Assembly: GCF_009914755.1 (NCBI RefSeq)
Contig: NC_060939.1
Length of the DNA: 64,000 bases
Reading direction: 5' to 3' (one strand)
Origin: the human T2T-CHM13v2.0 reference genome, Homo sapiens
Shown here: positions 1-26,604 of the stretch, one piece after another
Layout of the letters: each line of letters begins with the position of its first letter
Numbering within the stretch: the stretch's first letter is position 1
Notes under the pieces: model-generated
What the model saw: only the letters and a program-made list of their open reading frames with translations
Databases searched by the model: none
What the model was told of the DNA's origin: nothing
Made by a program: the position numbers and the translations under genes

Positions 1-26
1 TGAGCAGAGCTGCTATGGTGTTACAG

Positions 27-429
27 GACAGAGCAGGAGCATCACCATCTTGGACAAACACCGCCATTTTAAGTTCCCCTTGATTAAAAACCACCTAAAT
101 CCAGCCCCCAGAAGTCAACCTAATGGCTAATGCCAGCATGACCATAAACCACAAATGGTACCTCCGACTGGAAACATTCCAACCCCTAGATAAACCCCCC
201 TCTGACCAGAAACATGCCAACTCTGCAATAAAACTTTCCTCTGCCCAGAACCATTCTGAACCTAAGACAAGCTCTCCCTCCCTAAACCCTTAAATACCCT
301 TAGTCTGTAAGAGAGAACACTCCTGACCTAAATTGGCCAGAAGCCCCTCTCCGGTTTATTCTCCAAAATAAACCTGTCTTTGACTGTTGAGCCACTTTTT
401 GTGTTTGTCTCCTTTCTTTAACCCTTACT
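27..429 (+). mobile_element. ERV1 solo LTR, LTR19A-like
   Basis: GACAGAGCAGGAGCATCACCATCTTGGACAA start; TCTGTAAGAGAG...GGCCAGAAGCCCCTCTC...AATAAACCTGTCTTTGACTGTTGAGCC...CTTTAACCCTTAC end, matching the recalled LTR19 consensus. Confidence 0.7.
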
Positions 430-1333
430 CTGTACATACAAACAAAAATGCTCAAATGATACCACTAGCAGCCAGGTCCTATGCACGGCAGGGCTTCAGT
501 GACACCTCAAAAGAGGCAGAGGGTAGTCAGGGGTACTCCTGACCAACTTAGTTCTGAAGTTTACTGGGTTTCTGTTTTTCTTTTTTTGAGTTCACTTGCT
601 TTGTATCAGCAAAGTGTTGAAGGCAGCAAACATCATGCAGGGAGGCAATAGGGAGGTGCCTCCAAAACAAAAGCATTTTTGGCAGCCGCTGGGAAATTCC
701 CTAATGTTCCCATCTTGGGGTTCGCTAGCCACCAGCAGCTGCTACTCCCAGGCAACCTCATACCTTGCCCAGTAGCTCAGGCACAGGCCTACCCGTAGTG
801 CACAGTGCTTCCCCGTACAGGCCACCAACATCATAACTGAAAGGTGGGTTAGTTGTTCACATGCCGAGTCCAATTAACAAGAACGAGGCCTGATACAAAG
901 CAAGTGAATTGATTCTGAAGCTATTATAGCTTGGGGAAGATGTACAGATGTCCTGCTGTGTGGCTTTACTTGTGGAGCAGAAAACAGGCATTTTTATAAG
1001 GTAAGGGAAGAAATGAGCAAGGGCGGGGGTTCCCTGCTAGCTTGCTGTTTTAGCCATGGGGCAGTTGGCGCTTTCCTAGGCAGAAGTAAGTTGTAAAAGT
1101 GGCCACTGCCCATACGCTTTCAAACGCCTGCCTGGAGGGTGGAAGTTACCTGGGGAGCATGCTTTGGTTTGCAAATCTACCGTCAGCTCTCTAGGAAAGA
1201 TCTGTCTTGGGGCATAAAGTTAGAAGAATTTGCCATGTAGGGAATGTCTGGTGAGACAGGAGGTGAAAGGTTATATTTGTACTTCTGAAGGGCTAATTAG
1301 GAAACAGAGCCACAGAAACAAGAGGGAAGGTGT

Positions 1334-1373
1334 GGGGTGGGGATGGGTGGGGGGGTGGGGGGGTGGGGGTGGG
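1334..1373 (+). repeat. G-rich tract with G-quadruplex potential
   Basis: GGGGTGGGGATGGGTGGGGGGGTGGGGGGGTGGGGGTGGG: at least 7 G-runs with 1-2 nt loops. Confidence 0.8.
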
Positions 1374-1396
1374 TGTGGAGGAAGTAATTAAATCAT

Positions 1397-2286
<890 letters not shown>

Positions 2287-2379
2287 TTACACTCTGAAGT
2301 TCCTACAGTGACCCTACCAGGGTCCATGTGATCTGTCTTGCCCCCTCTACCATTTCCTCTTTTTCTTAGCACTTCTCCA

Positions 2380-2752
2380 CTCCTCCTTGCTTTTTGCTCT
2401 GGGGAAGTTAACTTCCCAGCAAGCCAAACCACTCCCTACCCCAGTGCCTCTGTTCTTGCTGTTTCTTCAGATATCTACAGTTCCCTGAACTTTCAGGTCA
2501 TTACTCAAACGTGACCTTCTCAGTGAGGACTTTCCTGACTCCATAAAAATTTCCTTCCTCTAGCACTCTCTTGCCTTTTCTTGCTTTATTTTCTGTAACA
2601 CTTACCCATCTGATATACCATATAATTTTACTTATATATTGCCAGTTTCATTCCCCTAGAATTTAAGCTCGTGAAGTAGGACATGTTGTTTGTTTATGTA
2701 GAAGAGTGCAATAAAAGGTGCTCAGAATTATCCATTGAATAAACAGATGAAT
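2380..2752 (+). mobile_element. L2 3' end
   Basis: CCTTCTCAGTGAGGACTTTCCTGAC...TAGAATTTAAGCTC...TGAATAAACAGATGAATG L2 tail motif. Confidence 0.6.
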
Positions 2753-3017
2753 GGCTGGGGTCTCCAGGGCAATGCCTTTAGGGCCCAGTTATGCAACATT
2801 AATGTATGAAGCCACAGTATTAAAAACAATAGAGGAGGAAAACGGAAGCATGCATTCCCCTCTTAAGTGCATTGACTTTAAAATAACAGCAGTGGCAATC
2901 ACAAACACAGTCCCAGCTAAACAAACGTTGCCTATGATTTGCAAGTTTGCATAGGATGTACCAGAGCAGCAGATGTCTGAGGCCTGGACCTACTAGAACT
3001 GCTGACAATAAATGGCT

Positions 3018-3310
3018 CTGACAAGATGTGGTGGCTCTTGCCTGTAATCCTAGCACTTTGGGTGGCCGAGGTGGGAAGATCGCTTGAGCTCAGGAGTTAA
3101 AGCCCAGCCTGGACAATAAAGTGAGACCCTATCTCTATAGAAAATAAAAAATTAGCCAGGCCTGGTGGCATGTGCCTGAAGACCCAACTTTCCAGAGGCT
3201 GAGGCAGGAGGATCGTTTGAGCCCAGAAAGTTGAAGCTGCAGTGAGTTATGATCATCATGCCACTGTACTCCTCCCTGGGCAACAGAGCAAGACTCTGTC
3301 TCAAAATAAG
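3018..3310 (+). mobile_element. AluJ
   Basis: GATCGCTTGAGCTCAGGAG and AAGCTGCAGTGAGTTATGATC AluJ diagnostics. Confidence 0.9.
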
Positions 3311-3554
3311 AGGCTCTATGGAGATACGCCTATGGTTTTCCTTGAGGAATCTTCTAAGAATTTCTGTGATTACCCATTCTAAAGACATTGATTGTTGAGA
3401 TAATCGTTCATTTTATTTAAAAAAAAAAACTTTCTTTCAGGTCACGTATGTGTTTCAGTTTTTTTTTTTTCTTTTGAATCAGACCCTCAGAGTTACGTTA
3501 CTCATAGTTTGAAGCTAGAAAATTTAGAGTTGAGTTTGTGGCCCAATTTCTTAA

Positions 3555-3693
3555 CCCATTTAGGCTGGAGGTTGCGATTTTTTGAATTGCAGACGTGTGA
3601 AAAATCAGACCTTGGTGGTGACCTGGAGCAGTAGGATATAAACAACTCCCACATGCTTAGTGTTCCAATAATGGAACACCAGGCATACATGGG
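3555..3693 (-). mobile_element. MER85 (piggyBac/PGBD3-derived MITE), full length
   Basis: 139 bp bounded by CCCATT...ATGGG terminal repeats; TTAA at 3551-3554 and 3694-3697; internal palindrome GTGTTCCA-ATAA-TGGAACAC at 3660-3679. Confidence 0.92.
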
Positions 3694-3769
3694 TTAAGGG
3701 AATAAGACTTCTTGGTATGTGTTTTTGTATTAGCCACGTTTTTTATTCCGTTTTGTATTCTGTCCATAT

Positions 3770-4193
3770 TGATGAAAACTTCAGCCGAATTAAATTTAAA
3801 GGAGTTGAATTGATCAATGAAAAATGTGCGAATCGAGCAGCCCCCAGAATCACAGGAGATTCACAGAGACCCCAGGGCTTCCACGTGGTGGAAGATTTAT
3901 TGACAAAGAGAAATGGCATACAGAAATTGGAAGTGAGGTACAGAATGGCTGGATTGATTACAGTTCGGCGTATGCTTTATTCGAACACAGTTTGAACCCT
4001 CAGCAGTGTATGAATGGTTGAAGTATGGCCACTTCTTGTCATACTTGGATTGGCCAAGACATAGCTATTGTTACAGGCTCAGACTCCTAAGTTAGGTTTT
4101 CAATTTTGTCTGTTAAGCTAGGTTACAGTTCATTCACAAGGACTCAAATACAGAAGTACGGTGTCCTTGGGCCATATTTAGTTTGCTTTAACA
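3770..4193 (-). mobile_element. MER57-family ERV1 solo LTR
   Basis: Ends GGCCATATTTAGTTTGCTTTAACA (reverse of the MER57 start TGTTAAAGCAAACTAAATATGGCC); GGACTCAAATACAGAAGTACGG. Confidence 0.8.
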
Positions 4194-4249
4194 CTTTTGT
4201 TCCTTTGTTTCATCTTTCCTCTGGCTTTTGTTGCCTTAGTATGTTTTAT

Positions 4250-4843
<594 letters not shown>

Positions 4844-5233
4844 GCCTTAGTATATTTTATGTATATTTTAGTTAAATCTTCTTTTTAGATAAGCTTGGAT
4901 TCAAGTAAATTAATTAACTGAATGAATACTAACTTGCTCAGACTCCAGAAATGGAAGACACCCAGAGGAAATAGTTTCCTTTCTTCTTCCCCGTTCCCTC
5001 TCTTGCCCTCCCTCTGTCCCATCCCCCCTCCCTCTCGTCTCTCTCTCTCTTGTCTCTCTTTTAATTAATGTTTTCCAACTCAAAGGTGTCACATGCTTTG
5101 ATCATTACTGGAAATTGAGAGAGAATTAGAAGTGAGAGAGGAATATGACGGGGGTCTGAGAGGGAGGAGAGGAGATGGAAGAGGCCAAAGAGGAAGGTGG
5201 GCCTAATGGTGAGAAAGGGGGTGTGCATGACAG

Positions 5234-5669
<436 letters not shown>

Positions 5670-5783
5670 TAGGAGTGTTTGATATGCTTTTCCTCATGAT
5701 GCACATGGGTGCGGGGCCTGTGCAGCAGTGACCAATTACACCATCCCAGGAAGACACCTACTCATTAAAGACTCCCATATGCC

Positions 5784-5857
5784 CTCCCATTGTTCATTTC
5801 TCAGGAACTTCAATGTGAGTTCACTGGACTCCCATTGTTCCTTTCTCAGGAACTTCA
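5784..5857 (+). repeat. 29-bp direct duplication
   Basis: CTCCCATTGTTCMTTTCTCAGGAACTTCA at 5784-5812 and 5829-5857 (28/29 identical). Confidence 0.9.
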
Positions 5858-6228
5858 TATTTGTGGTCAGAGCAAATTCAACTGCATGTCCTGCCATGAG
5901 CTAGGCAAACACAGTTGTGAAACTGATAGCAACCCTGACACCAGGGATAAAGAGTCCAGTGGAGTTAACAGAAGAGAGACAATAATTGCTTGCAGTCTGT
6001 AATCCATGTGTACACAGCAAAATACCTAGTGTCTCCCCAACTTCTGTGCTCTACTAATGCATTTATTGTGAGCACAAGGTAAATATTTAATCTTGCCTAC
6101 TTTATCTTCCTCAATATCTGTGTTTATTCTAATTCTTATATTGATTCCAGGTTCACTGAAATCAACAAGTGTTCCTCCATTCGGGGATATAGCCCTGAAC
6201 TTTCCTGACAGCTGGAAGCTCCCCCCCG

Positions 6229-6589
<361 letters not shown>

Positions 6590-6815
6590 TAGGTGAATGA
6601 TTATATTTCCTTTTCTGTCTGGGTTCTCTTCCTGCTTTCATTAAACACGTGTGTGCGTGCACACACCCCTCTCTGATTTCACATAGCAGCCCCCAGAGTG
6701 TGGTGTCACACCAACCTACTCAAGTTCTTACTGTCTTTCCTTTGGGCAGGTAGCTAAGTAAACTAGTTCAGTTGTGTTATTCAACTTCCTTGTGACCAGA
6801 ATTTAGTCAAAAAAA

Positions 6816-7111
<296 letters not shown>

Positions 7112-8300
7112 AGTAACAAATAATTGTCAAGTACCTACTATATGCTACATACTGTTCTAGGCACTGGGGATACAGCAGCAAACAAAACCGACCATCCCTG
7201 CCCTCATGGAGCAAATTTTGCAGTGAAGCGAGACAGGCAATAAACAAGGAAAATATAAGTGTTGCGGAGGTAAATGATAAACTAGTAAAAGGGATAAGGG
7301 GTCTGTGTGTTGTGTGTAGGGATGTAATTTTGAATTGAGTAATCAGGCCGGGCACGGTTGTTCACGCTTGTAATCCCAGCACTTTGGGAGGCCAAGGTGA
7401 GTTGATGACTCTGAGCTCAAGAGTTCAAGACCAGCCTGGGCAATAGAGCTAAACCCCGTCTTTACTAAAAATACAAAAAAATTACCTGGGTGTGGTGGTG
7501 CATGCCTGCAATCCCAGCTATTCGGTGGCTGAGGCACAAGAATAACTTGAAGTCAGGAGGCAGAGGTCACAGTGAGCCAAGATTGTGCCACTGCACTCCT
7601 GGCTGACAGGGCAAGACTGTCTTATAAATAAATAAAATTGCAGTGAGTAATCAGAGCTGGGTGTGGTGGTATGATGCACCAGTGTTCCCAGCTGCTCTGA
7701 AGGCTGAGGTGGGAGGATTACTTGAACCCAAGAGTTTAAGGCTGCAGGGAGCTCTGAACGTGTCATTGCGCTCTAATCTGGGGAACAGAGCAAGACCCTA
7801 TCTTAAAAACAACAAAAGTCGTGAGTGATCAGTGAAAGCTCTGCTGTGACGGTGACATTTGATAACTGGGGAAGACTGTTCAGGTAATGGGGGCACATGT
7901 GTGTGCAGAGGCCTGAAGAAGGTGCTGGTGTGGCAAGAATAGCCAAGAGACTCATCACTGGACCCGATGGGGAGAGGAGTAGAAGAAAAGGTCCAAGAAT
8001 TGGAAGAGATGGAGGGCAGGTCATGTAGGGCCTTACAAAGAATTTGACTTTGGCTGAGAGGGGAGCTGTTAGAAGGTTGTGAACAGAGGAGCAATGTGAT
8101 CTGACTTCTCTTTTAGCTTTTAGTTCCCTGTAGCTGCCTTGTGGAGAACAGCCAGAGACAAGGCTAGAAGCAGGGAGTCCAGTTAGATGGTGGCATGGCC
8201 TCAGGGCAGTGAGGTTTGGTAGTAGTTGTAATGTCTTCAGTGTCAAGAAACTTGAATTTGACTTGGTCCAAAGGCATGAGAAGTCATGGAAGATGAGGGT
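7112..8300 (-). mobile_element. L2 fragments interrupted by Alus (7346-7640 and 7655-7817, + strand)
   Basis: TACTGTTCTAGGCACTGGGGATACAGCAG...CCCTGCCCTCATGGAGC and GCAATGTGATCTGAC L2 motifs. Confidence 0.65.
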
Positions 8301-8323
8301 GGGGTTGGAAATTTACATAATCA

Positions 8324-8798
<475 letters not shown>

Positions 8799-9789
8799 AG
8801 GGAAACCAGGGCCCAGAGGGAGGAGAGGGACCATCTTGCCTTAGGTTACATCAGTGGCACACAGAGCTGTGGACTGGACCTCTGGTCTGAGCCCAACTGT
8901 GGCCCGGGCCATGCCACACCGGTGACTGTCTGAGCAATGCTCTTGCCTCACTGCCAGCTTTCCAGTGGCCTCTAACATGGCAGCTTGGGAAGAGCAGTGA
9001 GTTCCACATCAGGAGCTCAGAGTTCTAATTCCATCCTGCCCCTGCCTGAGGCTCCCAGACCCTCCCAGACTGGCAGTTTTCATATAGTGAAATGAAGACA
9101 TTCACTTAGAGCCTATGGGTTTCTCCCCTACCTTGACAGTCTGAATTGTATTTTTGTATATTTTTGAAAAGCCCTCTTGTACATATTAACTCATTGAATC
9201 CTTAACTGTGAGTGTAGATGGACAAAGATGTTCCTTGATGTTATAGATGAGGGAATTCATCTGAAAAAGAATTAAATGACTTTTCCTGGCATGTTCAATG
9301 AGTAAAAAGCAGGACCCGAATTTTTGAATTCTTCTTCCAGTATATTTCCACTATCCTATACCACTGAAATAAAATAATTTCCCTTTAGCTGTCTGCTTAT
9401 TAATTGAAAATTCTTCCAAATGAGATCCACCTACACTTCAGTAGGGGTTAGCATGGGCTTGACTGATAGGAGGGACTCAACAATGGGGTTAAATGAAAAA
9501 GAGGAAGTTAAGTGAAAAAGACCTTTTGGAGAAAATTAGCCACTTGGCTCTCTGGCTTTACGATTGATGTTCTTCCTGTGTTCCTTTCCAGTCTGTGCAT
9601 CTGACCCCGTTTATGTGCCATCATTTGTTACTCTGCTTGTGGCCATTAAATTCAATGGAAAAATATATTTGTACTGTCATCACAACCTTGTTTAATAATA
9701 CGTCTCTCCCATTGAAATACACTTTCATTGCCTTTGGATGGTGCAAAGTAATTGAGTGGGAGAAAAATACAGTGCAAGAATAAATTGAA

Positions 9790-10131
<342 letters not shown>

Positions 10132-10439
10132 CTAATTTTAGAATTTAGTAGAACTTCACAACCAGGACTTTTTGGTACAAGAAACATGCAACTTTAGTTG
10201 ACTAATCTGGAAGCCAAAGAGCACAGTACTGACCTGGGGCCTCTTAGAGATTTGGAGGCTGGTCTATTACTTGGGCTACACATTTCCTGTTCTTCAGCAG
10301 GGAAATTAGGCTCTCCTTTCTTTCACTTAGGGCAGAATTCATTGCAGAAAGAGAAATACTGTTTATATTTTTGGCATTTTGAGGGCAGGACACAGAATGA
10401 GGTTAACTTGAAATAATATCCTCTGGGCAGTAAATTACT

Positions 10440-11130
10440 AATCTTGCTGTTGGAAAATTCAAATTGAAATGCAAAGCAAAACTAGCAGGTAACCAACAAT
10501 CGACTATCAAATCAATGGTCAGGAAACAGGGTTATACTCAGGGAGAGTATTAAGTTGTATCTACATCTTACATTGTTGACCAAGATAAATTCCAAATGGA
10601 TTGATGATTTACGTGTAAAAACTAAAGTTATAAATGAGTTTTTATTTATATAAGTGAGAATATCTTCCTCCCACTATCCCTTCTTTCCTACAGAGTTACT
10701 TGCCAAGGGAGAATTCCTGTATATGCTTAGAATGGGGAAGATCTTTGTAGCTATGACTCAAAAGCTGGAATCTAAAAGTGAAAGTATATAAATTTGACAA
10801 CATTGCAAACAAACCAAAATCCCTCCACTTGGTAAAACAAAATATTCACCATAAGGTAAAAACCAAATGGCATAGCTGGGTGTGGTGGCTCACACCTGTG
10901 ATCCCAGCACTTTGGGAGGCTGAGGATTGCTTGAGACCAGGAGTTTGAGACCAGCCTGAGCAACATGGTGAGACCCCATTTCTACCAAAAAAAAAGCGAA
11001 TGGCATCCTGGGGAAGAATAGCTGCAACTCATCACAGAGTAAGGAAGAAGAGCTAAACTTCCAAATACAGAAAAGAGCTAGAAACAAGAAAAGAACCAAA
11101 ACTCCAAAGAAAGATGTGCAAATAATGTGA
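10440..11130 (+). mobile_element. Old L1M fragment (ORF2 3' region) with FLAM at 10876-10994
   Basis: AAGATAAATTCCAAATGGATT...AAATTTGACAACATT...CAAAGAAAGATGTGCAAAT degenerate L1 motifs. Confidence 0.6.
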
Positions 11131-11134
11131 ACAA

Positions 11135-12050
<916 letters not shown>

Positions 12051-12559
12051 GACGATATCTTACAAATGTACCTATGTTTTGTCACAGTAGTTTCATTTCT
12101 GGGGGCTTATTCTACAGATATATGTGCTTTCATATGAAATTATGTATATGAAAACTTATTCATTGTATCTTTGCAATAATGAAAGATGAGATACAACCCA
12201 AATGTCCATTAATAGAAGAGGTCTAGCCATGGTAGATACAATGGAAAACTATGCAGCTGTAGATGTGTAAAGATGTCCAAGATCTGTTGTTAACTAAAAG
12301 ACAAACCAAAAAAACCCAACCAACCCTCATCAAGGTGGAGAAAAACAATATCCATATATCTTAGGTACAAGAAAAGATGGGGGGTGGCAGTGGTAAGAAT
12401 ATATTTGCTTGAGCCCAGGAGTTTGAGGTTATATAGTAAGCTATGATTGTGCCACTGTACTCCAGCCAGGATGACAGAGCAAAACCTGTCAATTAATCAA
12501 TAATAAATAATTTTAAAAATAGTAAATATAGATAAATACCTATAAATATAAAATTTTTA

Positions 12560-12870
<311 letters not shown>

Positions 12871-12999
12871 CCCTTATGTGTGTTTAAAACATTTTGGAAG
12901 GATATATAGCAAACCAATAAAAGCGGTTTTATGTCAAGGAGGATGTAGGATATGGATGGTAAAAGAAAAGGGTAAGTGGTAGCAGGATTTTTCACTGTA

Positions 13000-18970
<5,971 letters not shown>

Positions 18971-19192
18971 GAATTTGCCATTACTGAAAATGAGAGTGTT
19001 TGTAGGCTTTTTGTATTATTAAAATTTTGAACTGTGTGAATTATTTTTTAAATTAAATTTAAAAATTCTTTTAAAAAGAAAACTAATTTTCTCAGTGAAT
19101 TCAGTTGTATTTCTCTGAATTATGAGCCTTCAGCAAAAGTTCTTGATTGCATTAAATGGCTGTTTCAAGTCCAGAAATTCTAAAGAGAATTA

Positions 19193-20095
<903 letters not shown>

Positions 20096-20096
20096 G

Positions 20097-20385
20097 GCTG
20101 GGCGCAGTGGCTCACGCCTGTAATCCCAGCGCTTTGGGAGGCTGAGGTGGGTAGATCACGAGGTCAGGAGATCAAGACCATCCTGGCTAACACGGTGAAA
20201 CCCCATCTGTGCTAAAAATACAAAAAATTAGCTGGGCATGGTGGCATGCGCCTGTGGTCGCGGCTACTCAGGTGGCTGAGGCAAGAGAATCGCTTGAACC
20301 CGGGAGGCTGAGGTTACAGTGAGCCGAGATTGCGCCACTGCACTCTGGCCTGGGCGACAGAGCAAGACTCGATCTAAGAAAAAAA
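20097..20385 (+). mobile_element. AluSc/Y-type
   Basis: GATCACGAGGTCAGGAGATCAAGACCATCCTGGCTAACACGG diagnostics. Confidence 0.92.
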
Positions 20386-22458
20386 TTAGATAGTCTAATC
20401 TGCAGTAAATTCTTATCTACAGTAAAAATTAGCCATTCTTATGTACAGTAAAATATTCTTATCTGTCAATGACCTTTGCCTTTTATTTCCCCAACCCAAG
20501 TTGTTAGAGCTTGATTTTTTTCTCTTTTCCTTCCTTCTTCCTGCCTTCAATTAACTGAAAGTCAATATAGGTGATAATTAATAGCTGTACTTTCCCGGTG
20601 ACAAATGGAACTATAGTGTGTGCACACATAAACAAAAGTGCAATCTGAGAAATAAGATGGCAAAATATCAATCTGGACTAATGGTTACATACTAAGAAAG
20701 GAGTGGGGCAGGAGCACCAGTCGAGAACGTGCATTTTACTCAGTGCCCGGTGTCATCCCTTACAGCAGGCTTTTAATTTTCACTCTGAGAAAGGTTTCAG
20801 GAGATGATGCACTTACATTATGATTCCAGATCCTTCCTCTTGGGGGTGTGTTATTCAGAGAGGTACTGTGGTGCATGCAGTAGAACACCTCCAATTATTA
20901 CTTAGGGGGAAGCCCATTCTTTATCGGACAGTTGCAAGTACTTCAAAGCTCTTCTGTAGAGTTCATGTCTGTTACTTCGACTCAGAAAATGGGCCCTGAA
21001 GGCCCTTTGGGTAGGGAGCATAATGCCACCACTGAAATCCTGTAACTTGAGGAAAACCTGAGGAAGAAATCCTATGATTTAAAGAAGGTTCAGTGATTAG
21101 CTGAGGGCTGATGGGAGAGGGGATGCCACGAGGCCTGCTGGTCTTCAAGGAAAAGGCCTTTGCTGGAGTGGCCTGGCTCCCTCACCTAATCTGACCTCCT
21201 ATCTCTTGCACGGAGAAAACCTTGCTGTTATTATTGTCCTCATCCTCCTGTGTGGGCTCGCTCCTCCTCCCCCCATTTTTTAAAAGCACCCCACCCTACA
21301 ACCTCATAGTCCCTGCACGCTCGAGTCAGGAGGATGGCATCGTCTCTGTGCTCTCCACGTCTGCTTTCAGTGGTTTGATCGCTTCCTCTCAAGCCACCAC
21401 CAGGCAGCCCTGTTGCCTGCTGTGTATACTTACTGCCACCGCCTCCAGGTCTCTTCCAGATGCCCTGGGCATATTGGTCCCTGGATCTCAGGCTTGCCCA
21501 GCACTCAGTCCCTGGCAGTCATCTGGAGCATCTCCAGTGTCCAGATGAGTGACTTACCCAGCATCTGGCCTTATGGTGTCTTGACACCCCCCTTCACGTT
21601 AGTAACTCCTGGACAGGTCCTCTTGTAGAACCTGAAATTATAAACCCTGGAGTCTTCCTTTCTCCAACATTGACCTGAAATTACAATCCGTGAAGCTTCT
21701 TTCTCTGACATTGACCTTTTATCTTTTCTGTATCCTTATTTCTACTAAACCTGCCTTACGATAGCATCTCAACCTCTGGTTCTAACCTTTCCTTATTCTC
21801 TCAGCCCCTTAGTCACCTCTGCCTTCATTTGTTTCCCTATCCCACCTGGACCTTAGGGTCAACCATTTGTGTGCTGTCATAAACTTCCTCCTTTCTTCTC
21901 ACCCTTGATTTTCAAGAGCCAGTCAATCTTCAACCTCATGTAAACTTAGCTGCAAATTTTCGTACATGTGTACCCAAGCTGTCTAAATAGTGCTAGCAAA
22001 AACAGTAACCAAAAAGCAGAACCATGTTGCTTGACTTCATTACAAAATTGTGTGATCAACCTTTATGTGGATCCTAAAGGCTGCTTGATTATTATTCATC
22101 CCTGGTCTCTCTCTTATTCTCTCCTGCTGTTTGGAATTATATTGATTTGCATCCTGATTCTTGTAACATGACTCTTTCGATCTCATTCTTCCTTGTGCCA
22201 TCACTCTCACTCAGTGACGTAGCCTTCCACCTCTGTGAGAAGATTGTGGCATAAACTTGCCTGTGGCTCATTGAAATGTCACCACACCCTCATGCATTCT
22301 TTTCAACCACCTCCGTGTCCTCAAAGGAGGAAATAACAATCCTCTTTCCCAAGACTGTCCTATTTACCCAAGCACTTGTTATCCTACCTGTCCTCAGTAA
22401 TCACCCCTTCTTTATTGTACCTTAAATTAATCCCTGTTCCTCCAAGTCTACCATATGA

Positions 22459-25010
<2,552 letters not shown>

Positions 25011-25818
25011 AATTTCATGAAGTAATTGATTAATAAATGAATCCTATGATTCAACAAGGTTTTGCATTCCTATTATAGAGAGGGCTCTGCTCTAGTCTCT
25101 AGGGACACAGCAGACTCAAAACAGAGTCCCTGACCATAAGGCCTGTGTACAGAGGGGGCGTTTGATGAGAGACCTCAGTGAAATGAGGAATCAAGCACAA
25201 GCGTATGTGAGGCAAGAGCGTCCAAAGGAAGGAAACTGCATGTACAAAGGTCCTGAGGCAGGAGATGTTAGTTTTTGAGTAGCAAGGAGGCTAATGAACA
25301 AGGAAGAGGAAGAGGGTCACTGGAGATGTAGATGGAGACAGGTGGGGGCAGCCAGGCCCGCAGGCCAGGCTGAGCAAGTTACATGTGTGAAAGCACTTTG
25401 TAAGTCCCAGTTGCTGCTAAAGGCATTTAAATAGAATTAACTTGTTAAGTTGTCCAATCATTAATTAAAATTGAACTGATTTATTCTGTTTATCTTATAT
25501 ATCCACTAAATGACCGTCTCACAACCCTGGTACCCAAACACCTGTACCCACCTGAAGACAACAGCATAAGCAGGTCATGAGACATATCCCTGTAGGTTTC
25601 AGCAGGGCATGACAAGCTCTAATTGTCATATAGAAGTTCTGTTTATTATGAATAGTAAGTGAACATTTTCTCCCTGGGTTACTGTTTATCATTTGAATCT
25701 ACTTGGGTTTTTGCCATATTGAAACATCTAATTTTTATGCTGTCAAATCTCAGGGTTTATTTTGTGTTTACAGCATCTGTGTGTCTTGTCTTGCTTTATT
25801 TCTATTCTTATTTTCTTT

Positions 25819-25936
25819 AAGCTTATAGCACCCAGTATTCCCAGGCAGTATCCCACTGAAGTACTAACCAGGCTCAATCCTGCTTAGTTTCGGAGATTAG
25901 ACAGAGATTGAGTGCGTTCAGGGTGGTATGGCTGTA
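25819..25936 (-). pseudogene. RNA5SP396: 5S rRNA retropseudogene (probably RNA5SP396)
   Basis: Matches the reverse complement of 5S rRNA (AAGC.TA.AGCACCC.GTATTCCCAGGC...GTACTAACCAGG...GCGTTCAGGGTGGTATGGC.GTA); T-rich tail at 25798-25818; perfect 14-bp TSD TCTTGTCTTGCTTT at 25784-25797 and 25949-25962. Symbol from recollection. Confidence 0.93.
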
Positions 25937-26276
25937 TGGTGGTATGGCTCTTGTCTTGCTTTGAAAGGTCACCTCTACCCTTAAGCAATACGAACATTCT
26001 CCATTTTCCCTAACATTTTTATAACAAAACTATAATAGATTCTAAATTTATTTTCACCATGGCATGAGGTGGGGACCTAACTTTATTTCTTCAAGAAAAA
26101 CTATTTATTGGTTTAATAAGTAGCTATTTATTAGACAAGTCTCTTGCTGGATATATCAGTATGTATTATTTAAAAAGAAAAAAAATAAAGTTTCAGTTTA
26201 CTTAAAGGCCAGCTAACCACACACTAATAAATACATCACTCCAAAAATACTTTTGAGAGCCTTCTATTATTTTTAA

Positions 26277-26569
26277 GTTTTATTTATTTTGAGACAGAGT
26301 CTCACTCTGTTGCCCAGGCTGGAGTGCTCAGCTCAACTGAAGCTTCTGCCTTCCGGGTACAAGCGATTCTCCTGCCTCAGCCTTCTGAGCACTTGGGACT
26401 ATAGGCATGCACCACCGTACCCAGCTGATTTTTTGTATTTTTAGTAGAGATGGGGTTTCACCATGTTGGCCAGGCTGGTGATGAACTCTTGACCTCTAGT
26501 GATCCGCCCCCACCCCTCCTCGGCCTCCCAGAGTGTTGGGATTACAGGCATGAGCCACTGCACCCGGCT
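26277..26569 (-). mobile_element. AluS
   Basis: Reverse Alu flanked by GAGAGCCTTCTA on both sides. Confidence 0.92.
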
Positions 26570-26604
26570 GAGAGCCTTCTAGATGTAAGCCTCTGTGAAT
26601 GATA

